Source of the DNA: Takakia lepidozioides
Lineage: Eukaryota > Plantae > Bryophyta
Length of the DNA stretch: 64,000 nt
Direction of reading: 5' to 3'
Assembly: GCA_030704615.1 (NCBI GenBank)
Contig: CM060731.1
Coordinates: 51,026,001 to 51,090,000, forward strand
The notes under the pieces are model-generated. The model was not told the origin of the DNA. It saw only the letters and a list, made by a program, of their open reading frames with translations, and searched no databases. Position 1 is the first letter of the stretch. The number at the start of each line of letters is the position of its first letter. Both the position numbers and the translations under genes were made by a program. Below, in pieces: positions 10,515 through 20,215 of this stretch.

Positions 10515-12198
10515 CAAAACCACTCACGGCCGCTTTTGTTAAGTACGTCTCCTCCATCAAGAAAGCTTATGAGGATAGAGAGGATGCCATGGGGATTATT
10601 TCAGCGAGTTTCAAGCTCATTACGCTATCACGGGTGGAGAAACAAAATTCGCCGATGCCAAGTCCCATCTGCCACTCGCACCGAAGAAAAGGTTTGACAA
10701 CATAACGATGGTATTCGTCAATACAATTTCTGAAGACGACTCTGTTGGATTTGAGTCCAAGGATTATGTGAACATACTGGAGGCCTTTGTGGCTCAGAAA
10801 ATGAACACGGGTGCTTTTGTTTTCTTCTCGACGCAACCGTCCTCGGCCAATCTGGTCTCCTACATCCAAAATGGTCCCGGAAGAACATCGTATCTTGTCC
10901 GTAAGGGATTTTATGTTCCGGGAGAGTATGAAAATATTTACAAAAACAGCACAAAGACTTTCTCTCGGACTGTACTGTGCCTGGACTATGTTTTTCCAGC
11001 GACATCTAAGGAGATGCAGAATCCGGACGAGCACATCTCCACCGTACTCTTAATCGAGCCAATACAGCCGATTCTGGAAGGGCCTTATGAGAAGCCATCA
11101 GCTTTTGAAGAAGAGTGCATGACTTATAATCATGAGCTACGAGCTGACACATACGACTATTTGGCCTCCCTGTTTTGTCGAGACGGGATGTCCGCTGTCA
11201 ACATCTTCGGAGGTGTGATGTTGACGTACGCCCTTCATGTAAGTGTAAAACCTTTTTGCATTTTATATACAAATTTTACATTTTTGATCCAACACGTCCT
11301 CTGTTTTACTGACTGGGTTTATCTGCAGGCAAGAAACATTCGAGTGCTTGACATCAACCACTCAACCAAAAAAAAAATTTGCAAAAGAAAAGTTGAAGCG
11401 AATTTTAAGAAGCTTCAAATTGAAAATGACAATGTTGCTGAAGAGGTTGATGGCGGAGACGATGATGAGGATGAGGAGGAGGAAGATGAAGACTTGGAAG
11501 AAGGAGGCGGACATTCCGAACACGGAGAGGAGGACGAGGGCATCGATGGTAACGGGGACAACGAGGGCCACGATGGTGACAATGCAGACCGTTGGGAGGC
11601 TGGACACCTAGATGTGATTCAGGACTTCAGAACTCAGTCACAGTTTGGTATTGAGAACATCACCCAAGACGTTGTGGTCCACAAGGTCATGATTCTGGAT
11701 GGGGATTCGTCGAGTTCAAGCGAGAGAACTAAGAGTAATCCTGCTTCACCATCAAGGGATGCGGAGGCGAGCTCAATCAAGGTGGGCGGCAATATTGTTG
11801 GGAGTGCAGAAGACTGGTTCAAACCTGTAGAAGGGGACGAGCCGGCGCCAATGTCCCTGTCTCCTGCCAAAGAGAGGGTAGAGAGAGCGAGGACAAAGAG
11901 CCCGTGTCCCACAAAAGACAGCGGACACAGAGGGAGGACTAAGAGCCCGTCCCCCGCAAAAATGGACAGTGATGACAGAGGCAGGACTCAAAGCCCGTCT
12001 CCCAGAAAGAACAGCGGAGGCAAAGTAGGGTGGAGAAACGCATGGATGAGACTAGGAAATAGCAAACAATTCCATGTCAATTCAAATTGAAAAGGAAATC
12101 ACAATACACAACAGCTTTTATAGAAAAACAATACAACCTTTAAAAAAACCAATTAAAAATAAACATTGAATCACAGACGTGGTTGATCAATAAAATCT

Positions 12199-12930
12199 TT
12201 ATTTTGAAGCATCATATCGGAGATTCCCGTAATTAGAATCATCAACATAATCTAGGAGAGGCTTAAACTTGGGATCGGTGGAAACATTCTGACAAGGCTT
12301 AAGTCCTATCCTCTTTTCCCTGAGATAAATGGAAACAGTGCGAGATTTCTTCATTTCAAGCAAATATTTCTGAAGAACCTTCTGGAGATAGCAAGAGTCC
12401 GTCTCAACGGATTCAAACGATTTTAGAATCAGACAGGATTCAAGCGGGTTCAACACACACTTAATAGCAGAATCGTCAATGAGTAGAGTGTTACTCCTAT
12501 TGTATTGACCACCAAATCTTTGCCAGACCATCATCAATGGCTTCAAGAACAGACTCGACGGGTCGTATCCTGATATAAATTGAGGGTGGACAGAAGTAGG
12601 ACATGAGATACAATCTTCCTGAGACATAACAAATTCCGGCTGAGGAAGATCCCGAAGCATAAAGTCCAGGATAGGCTGCAAGTTCTTGTACATCGTGCAG
12701 CTCCATATACCTAGACGGAAATGTTTGTTCAACTCTGTCCACATCTCACGATATTTTTCCCGCCTATAGACAAGTCGAAATCCAACAAGAGCTGGTATCC
12801 TGTAGTCTGTCTCGGACATTCGGGGGACATTGTAGCTCTTCTGGTGCTTCAAGACTTTGCACAAAACTCCATTCAGGTCAAATATTATCAAGCGCAATCC
12901 TTTCCCAACTGGAGAAATTGATGCTGTAAT
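12199..12930 (-). CDS. NIF/FCP1-homology (HAD) phosphatase-like domain #1 (DLNG variant); probably the last exon of a tandem two-domain gene
   Basis: LRLIIFDLNGVLC (motif I), FRLGIWSCT (motif II), FVMSQEDC, FLKPL...NTLLIDDSAIKCVLNP (motifs III/IV). Acceptor TTTCTCACAG at 12931. Confidence 0.8.
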   Translation of the reverse strand: MTASISPVGKGLRLIIFDLNGVLCKVLKHQKSYNVPRMSETDYRIPALVGFRLVYRREKYREMWTELNKHFRLGIWSCTMYKNLQPILDFMLRDLPQPEFVMSQEDCISCPTSVHPQFISGYDPSSLFLKPLMMVWQRFGGQYNRSNTLLIDDSAIKCVLNPLESCLILKSFESVETDSCYLQKVLQKYLLEMKKSRTVSIYLREKRIGLKPCQNVSTDPKFKPLLDYVDDSNYGNLRYDASK

Positions 12931-13139
12931 CTGTGAGAAATTCATACAACCACTCAGGTGGTAATCAAGATAAACCAAGGACAGGATTGACATTTGGAGC
13001 AACGTCCACTGGACAGTCGAGGTTCAGGAAAATCTAGAGCAGCCATCTATATTTCAATCTGTTCCAAGGAAGCGTCAGGAAATTTTTGTTTTCTAAGATA
13101 AACCTGCCACTACAAATCCCATAGCAAGAGGCATTTGAC

Positions 13140-13845
13140 CTTTGGGTCAATATACGGTGGACATCCTATGGGTTTTTCCACGTTGAATATATCAGCGTCT
13201 TTTCCGGATAACCGCAACTCTTCCAGGTGCGATTTGAGTTCATCCAGAAGAAACTTGTCATTGTATGGGTTGACGAACGCTTTATATTTTGGAAGGAAGA
13301 TACCGATCGACTTTGGGTTCAAGTACGACTTATACATATTTTCTACAGTGTCGATAAGAAGTGTGTTTGATTTGTACGCTACAGGGTCGTCTACAGTGAA
13401 AAGATCGTAGAGACGTTTAAGATATATTGGCACTTTCAGATATTTGGGCCATTCGGCACTGAACGTCTGTCTATGCTTCACGCAGTTCTCATTGCTGAAT
13501 TCCCTGACCTTGTAAAACCTTCTTCCAAACAAAGCCAGCCCTATATCCAGGACATTTTCTAACGGTCCAGTGTTCCAAAAGTAGACCTTAAAATGCTTAA
13601 GGACCCATTTTAGGAAGTCGTCCAACCCATTTCGGACTGCAAGCTTGAATTTTCCAGCGCACACACAAGGATGGGTTACGGGAGGGGATCTCGGGCCATC
13701 TCAGAGGTAAACCTCACCAAGGTAACACGTCAAGAACCAGGACGTAGTATCCTGGTCGACATCCTTTCGGTCCCTCAGAGAGGTGATACCAATCCTGTGG
13801 GTTCACATATTTGTGATAGTCGATTGGAGGGTGAATCATATCATC
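13140..13845 (-). pseudogene. NIF/FCP1-homology domain #2 (degenerate)
   Basis: YYVLVLDV...VRNGLDDFLKWVLKHFKVYFWNTG...IYLKRL...SNTLLIDT...KSYLNP. An in-frame GT-AG intron at 12931-13139 would join it to domain #1. Frameshift/stop near 13680-13730. Confidence 0.7.
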
Positions 13846-15792
13846 CTGTGGAATAACAGAACAATTTATTTATTTTGAAAACTAGAAGAAGGAAAAAGAA
13901 GAACATGGCTAAGATGATTATGAGTTGTATACCCGTTTCGGGGAGGGATTTCAAATTTGCTGCTGTTGCTGCTCGCTCTCTGTTTCTTCGCGGTGAGCAA
14001 CGACCATCTCCTCCATCTCGCAACGTCGACTGGGCAGTGGAGGTTGTTAGTATGACCGGATCAGTTGGGCTGGCCCTTATTGTTAAGTCCACCTGCCTCC
14101 TCACTGTTTGAGTCGCGATGGATTCTGTCCGGGTTTGTGTGATTTCCTCCAATTTCCGTTCATGGATCTATATGAGATTTCTTACCGTCAGTCACATGTA
14201 AGTTCAAGAAGGTGGGAAATATCAAGATATAGATCAGGTTGGCAAAAACACAACCAGAACACAACCAGATGCAATACACACAATTTGTTCCATTTATAAT
14301 GCTTAAAGACACCATAAATCTCCAGGTGTCATTCGTTACCTACATCCAAATTGACATGTTGGGAGACACTTTGAGAGTGAATTGGGCTCTGAGTTCCCGA
14401 TTCTTTGAGATACAAGCCTTCTCCAAAACTCGTCTCGGGGGCTTCTTCAAATCCGACAACCTTCCGTTTCTGTACATTGACCTTGTAAGTTCGTTTCTGC
14501 AGGTTCATGGCGATGCTGCTGATGCCAACTTCTTGTCGGGACCTCCATTGGAATCCTCCATATCAGAAATTCGTCCACAAAGGGACAACAATCACACTAC
14601 TATTGAGATTTTTCTCATCGACGGTGAAGCATCATCCAGGCACTTGGCTTCCCTTCAATTGCACCATCCTCTTCTTCAGTCCATTCCTGAAAAAGATGTT
14701 CTGTCGCATGATCGTTTAGGATTGAATGTCGAAGATGGAAGCCAACTTGACAAATGTGCAGGGGATGTCGTGGACCTCACTCTACAATCCTTACCCTCCA
14801 TGTTAAGTGTCAAGGGTCTGAAATCTACCTCGAGAATGTCATCCGTTGAGGAAGCGGCTGAGGCTGCGGCTCCGCAGCACACTGTTGCCTCTCTTCCCTC
14901 CTTCTCTCCCCAGCATGAAGGTTGGACAGCCCAAATCAGAAAAAGTTAGGTAAAATTACTTATATCTGAATTCTAACTCGTCCTTTTGTTTTCCTTAGTA
15001 CTGGGTCAGATGTTCTTGTTTTACTCCAGGCCAGAAAATTTGCAGATTGTGACATTCTTGTCAAACGACGTCATCATTGGAAATCTGTTCCGAGGTAATC
15101 CCTTCGTTACGTGTGAATTCCATTCAGGATGTGGAGTGCTCAAGGGACAATTTCCATTCTGTTCCCCTTCTCCGTAACCCTTTCGACGAGGACAAAGATG
15201 AGACTTCAATTGCAACTTCTTGGCTTCCCGACCTTGCAGTGTTGGCGCAATGTTCTGCACCGAAGAAGCGAAATAAGGCCCCCAAACCATTTTCATCTCT
15301 TCTACAAATCGGTTTCATCAGAGAAAAGTCCTTCGTCAGAGACAAAACAGACTCGAGGAAGAAGATGAATACCTCGGACATACCGGGGTCTCGTCAAAAC
15401 ACGTCCGTTCGGATGTCAAGCTCGCCAGCGAGACTTTCTAATAAGACGACATCGATATTATTCGACATCATTTCTCCACTTTCTTCTCTTTTCTGTTCGT
15501 TTGGTTATGCACTAATTGCCTCCATCTTTTCTCAATAGGCGGGGATGCAGCACGATACTTTCATCAATTTCCCTCCGTACAAGGTACTTTCCTGAACCTC
15601 CACTTGTCAGTCGACGTTCCTCTTCTTAGCAATATTAACCCTCCTCTTCAAACATTCCAAGCCCACAACATTGTGCAGTATTTTGCCATTTTCTGCACAA
15701 TCGTGTTGATCTTCCAGACACTCAATCATTCTGGGTCGTGTATATTTTTCATGGCAGAAACACTAATGTCAGTGTGTGATTAACCTGCTCAG

Positions 15793-16540
15793 GATAACTT
15801 TGTCTCTCATCCTTTACATGCAACAGCGGGGAAGAGGAAATGGATGTTGTTAATTTTGAAAGTCAACGGATTCCTCTGCTACTGGCCACCCCCAACCGGC
15901 AGTGAACTGTTTAAGGAGAAATTTCGTCTAAAGAATGTGACACTTCAAGTTCCTGACAGACCGTTTGTGGTGTCTCGGCTTGGAATCTTGGAGTTTCTGG
16001 ACCTTGCATTGAAGCATTTTCACGTGGCCATTTGGTCATGTGCTGATAGAGGTGTTCTTTGTAGGATGTTGGAGAGCTTCGTCCCCACAAAAATAGCGAA
16101 GAAGTTTTGCTTCATATGGTCTGCTGAGGATTGTAAGGATACCACCAGTTATATCAGGCCCGGGATGAAATATCTCGTGAAAGATATTCGAAGTGTTATT
16201 GTCAGGTACCCTGGTAGACCGTTTGCTACGCAGGGGCAAATACTTCTTGTAGATGATGACCCATCAAAAGGCATGCGAAATCCACAAAATACTGGATTTT
16301 TTCCTTTCTCATTCAAGCCTTCACCAAACGGATTGCATGACCGGGATGATATGACAAAAGCAGTGTGACCATATATATATCGGAGATGGCTGGAGCTTCA
16401 ATAGTCGTTGATTTCATTAGCGAGAACCGGACAAAGTGTTCTCATAAGCCTATTGGACGAGACCATGCCTGTTGGGCCTGGTATGGACGATATCTTGATC
16501 GTCGTATTTGGATCCAACAACAAAAGGAACCTGACTACCT
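15793..16540 (+). pseudogene. NIF/FCP1-homology domain #3 (motif I Asp lost); probably the 3' part of a multi-exon gene starting near 14.3 kb
   Basis: MLLILKVNGFLC...SRLGILEFLDLALKHFHVAIWSCA...FIWSAEDC...LVKDI...ILLVDDDPSKGMRNP. Continues after a stop/frameshift near 16370 as YISEMAGASIVVDFISENR..PIG..HACWAWY. Confidence 0.75.
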
Positions 16541-17780
16541 TGGTAGGCACGTGGATCCTACTGTTATGTTGTTTGTTCATAATTTGATTTTCCAATTCTT
16601 TTGCAGCTGCATTTGCACTCTTACCTCAACATATCCATATGCAAAACTTCCACTTTGGGCCTAACATTTGTCATTTCCATCGCTTGTCCCCAGTTACATT
16701 CAAGGAACGAATTCTAAAAGAGGGACAAGAGTTGCGTGATTGGGAAGAATGGCGAGCGTGCCGGGAGGCTTCAAGGGCATCAAGTAGAGTTGGCAGTAAC
16801 ATTTCAGATGACAATGTCAACCGGTTTCACCTTCCTGAAAGTATCTCCGTGTCCTTTGGAGCGGAGACCGTTGTAAGTGGCTGTGGTAACCGGAGGCGTC
16901 TTCGGACACATGCCTTGACTGCGAGCCGTTTGGGAGGAGGTTCAATACTATTAATGAGTTAGTATAAGCCGTAACGGTTCTATGGCTTCAGAATCTATGG
17001 CTTGTATGGCATTAAGTCCATGAACGGATGGATAGTTGACGTTCATTTTTCTGTTGGTCCATTGCCTTGAATGATATAATTTCAAATAAAATATGAATGT
17101 TTCATATCCTCAATCAGATCCCGACAGACTCGTTTTTCCATGTTGTCCTGTTCATTACATGCCATCATTGTTTAATATTTGGTTATGCCATTATTCCATG
17201 TTTGTTTGTGTATGTCATTTTGGATATCGGAGCTCTCATCATTGTTTGATTCATTGCATCCCCCCATTCCTTTTAATGAACGTCAACTTGGTAGTGGATG
17301 TTCATCTAAGACCACAATACATACTTGTATTTTTGCGTAGAATGTGTGGAGGATTACATAATTTGTTGTTATATAGTGCACAAATAGTCAAATAATTATA
17401 GATATATCTCTTTATTTCTATTATAGATTATAATTATTCATATATCTTGTATTATTTCTGGACCAAACAAAAGTCCATTAGTTAAAATAGAGTTTTTAGT
17501 GAATTTGGAGTTTCAAGGGTGAATTCTGATGCGAGGAGGTGTTTTGGGATGATATGTGTTTGATGACATCTTGTTTCAAATCTGGAATTTTTCACTCAAT
17601 TTCGGCATTTTGACAGAGGGCCTCTAAATCATGAAAGCGAAAATTGACATGTGTAAGAAAGATTCATCATACAAAGTGTGAAAGATGGTTTTTCTCCACA
17701 TTTGGCGTTTCTTTCATATGCACATGGAATCAATCACTACGGCAAGGCCCTATTGATCAATGTGCATTATGTTCTTTTGG

Positions 17781-17799
17781 ATATATATATATATATATA
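17781..17799. repeat. (AT)n microsatellite
   Basis: ATATATATATATATATATA. Confidence 0.9.
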
Positions 17800-20215
17800 A
17801 GAAAGGGGAAGAAGCCCTTTAAGTCATATTAAGAGCTCATGGAAAAAATAACCATGAGAGAGGCCATAAAAGCTTACATCACAATGTGATTGGGTATCAC
17901 CCAGACCAATCCACCTAGTAGGGGAAAACTCCAAAGCAGGCAGAGATATCACTGTCATGGGATAACAACGAGCTATGGAAAAACTGCCTCAAGTGAAGTG
18001 TGTGATCCTCAGGAAGGCGGTCTATCATGCCTGCCTGAATCAAAGTTTAAATTTTTGGATAATTTTTTAACTGGAAAGGAATTGTGCCATTTGATCAAAT
18101 TAATAGAGAAAAATGGGCAGAGTACACAGGGAGTGCATTAATAATACTTATCTTTGCTATGGATTTGATTTGTAATGGTACTTGGTCTGTGCTACACTCA
18201 AAAGAACAAAAGAGACATATCTACATGCCAGTGGGAAGATTGGCTTCCTGCTATAGTTTCATAACCGGCTGTTTTTCGATGACGTGTCTGGCCCCTAGTG
18301 ATGTAGAGAGAAGTGGAGAAATGTAGAGAGATGCCTGAGGTAGGCACTCCAGCACTCAAAACTCGAGCTTCAGAAATCAAAGAAGCCTACAATGTTAACC
18401 AAGAAATGAAGGCTATAATGCTAGAAATCAAAATGGAGGAAGTCTAGCTCTTGCAGATCTGTGAACACTAGGAGAATTGCCAAGAAGAAGAGATCGCAGT
18501 GCTCAATTGTTTGAAATATAAACATTGAAGATTCTAGATTGGACATTGATGAGGAGAAGTACCTAGACAAGGCCATTCCTGAGAATGTAACCCAGTTTTA
18601 TCAAGAATCAATGTACATCATTGTGTATCGACTTGCCATGCAGACTCTATCTATCAATATTGTGCTAAAACTACATGTCTCGCATTCTATATCAAAGGGA
18701 TCTCAAAAAATTTTCTCTGGAAATTATTCACCTATCATGTACAAACAACAGCAAATAACTGCTTGAGAGAGATTCTTTTGCCTATGAAGCATCACCAAAA
18801 TGAAAATGGAACACTGCATTCCCAATATGACCATTGAAATTTGGCCCAAAATTGACCATAGAACTCCTTCGACCAATTCCATCATAATTAGAAGGCGCAC
18901 CCACTGTTGGACGTGCTGCATTGAAAAGAACAACAGCTGGCCTTGATGGATCGCCAACACAGAGTATACGCGTAGTACGTTTCTTCTTTTGAGGACGCTC
19001 ATCAATCCGAGCAACATTCACCTCTTGTTAAATGAAATCTTGCGTTCCACAATGCAAGTCAAAAGATGGCAAATCTGCTTTAGTCACCACCGGTTGCGTT
19101 CCACAATGCAAATCAAAAGATGGCCAATCTGTTGCAGTCGAGCGCGCTTAAAAAGCCAGCGTATCTAACCCACGACAACTCGGATTCCTACCGCGACCTC
19201 TCATAGCAGAATGCTGAAAATCTATTCCACTATCCCCGCAGCAATTCGATCATAGTGTAAGCGCAGCAATTGAATCAACACATTCAATCGGAGCAATTGA
19301 CGGGGCAAAGATCAAGGAGGTAGTAAAAAGCCACCGACTATACCAGGTTACAAAGAGGGGCCGGTCATCTCGATTCCCAGCCGGTGATGTCACATGGCCG
19401 GGTCCTTCTCACCGGCTATGTAGTCCATAATGTTCTCTCTAGCAATGTACCTCAAAGTGACATCAACTCTACTATCTACAACAACCTTCCATTGATCTTC
19501 AATGGCAAAGCACTGATGCAACTATAGTGTTGTTTGGCGTGTGATATTCACACATGCCTTTGCCATTTTCTCTATTTTCTTTGGCTCACTCTTCTTAACT
19601 ATGCGGATGTTGAAGGGAGGGATGATGGAACGCACAAGTTGGAATACTTTGGAAATGCGACAGGGAGATGTGCGATTCACAGGAAACCCCTTGCAACAAG
19701 TGAGAATCAGTACCCAGTATTCAAACTCATCGATCTCATTACTCTAGGTCGTGTCCTTCGAAAGTGCCCATCCCATCTCCTACACAGATTGTGGTGGTAG
19801 AAAGCACAAGGGTACTAAGCGGCTATAGCTCCACATCATTGTTCCCCAGTTACAGGTACATCTTACTGTCGAACATTGACTTGTCACTGCAATGCTTCTG
19901 AGAGAAGCCGATACACATCGTGACCCAGCTCAAGGCAGCCGATGTCATGGTCTCACCACGCTCTTGGTACTAATTGCCAGAAGAAGAAGAATTCAGCTAT
20001 GGCCCTCCATACAGAATACATGGTGCTCAAGATTTATCAGCTGGTGTGATTGTGATGCGCTTCGAAAGAGACGTTTGGAGTGTTGGGTACTCTTCAAATA
20101 TATCCCTCTTGTCTGTTGTGAGAATTGAGGAAAGTAAGAAGACAAACACTCGTAAACCAATTGAAGGGGCTACAGGATTAGGCATTGATGGTTTTAGTGT
20201 TTCTTATGCAGAGCA

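Larger units (their letters stand above)
2010..12090 (+). pseudogene. ParB/Srx(DGQHR)-like N-terminal domain + degenerate beta-class amino-MTase-like domain + acidic/SP-rich tail, split by the Gypsy insertion
   Basis: Predicted exons 2010-2539, 2676-2927, 3020-3553|10520-11238 and 11329-12090, with GT-AG introns 2540-2675, 2928-3019 and 11239-11328. Motifs VYRPLNIKHKDEVKARL...FFVIGGQHTIVAAKE and ELRADTYDYLASLFCRDGMSAVNIFGG...ARNIRVLDIN. The frame is continuous across the empty insertion site (KMNMKTK-PLTAAFVKY). Several stops and frameshifts. Confidence 0.65.
297..17302. repeat. Dispersed 24-bp palindrome family AAC[C/G]TCCACTG-NN-CAGT[G/C]GA[G/C]GTT
   Basis: Copies at 298-321, 501-524, 1445-1468, 2579-2602, 13001-13024, 14022-14045, 15595-15618 and 17279-17302 (degenerate). 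Confidence 0.9.
297..17780. mobile_element. Putative large, decayed multi-gene mobile element (left end probably outside the window; right end approximate)
   Basis: Dense cluster of frameshifted, stop-containing non-housekeeping genes with short introns. A 24-bp palindrome family is restricted to this interval. The block ends in an AT-rich stretch followed by (TA)n at 17781. No transposase or TIR identified. Confidence 0.55.

Noticed and set aside
14239-15538. ORFs 14239-14949 and 15077-15538 as separate genes
   Set aside because: No recognisable domain; strand and exon structure are ambiguous. More likely 5' exons of the FCP1-like gene at 15793.
298-17302. Palindrome copies as a CRISPR array or rho-independent terminators
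   Set aside because: Spacing is irregular (0.2 to several kb), there are no uniform spacers, cas genes or U-tracts, and the DNA is eukaryotic.
17735-17750. CACTACGG as a CACTA terminus of the left element
   Set aside because: Wrong orientation for a right end, no subterminal repeats and no partner TIR.
17890-19021. Short ORFs possibly from a decayed transposon (Crypton-like)
   Set aside because: Only vague peptide resemblance on opposite strands; no catalytic motifs.
19041-19131. Tandem duplication of ~37 bp (TGCGTTCCACAATGCAA...)
   Set aside because: Simple local duplication with no further structure.
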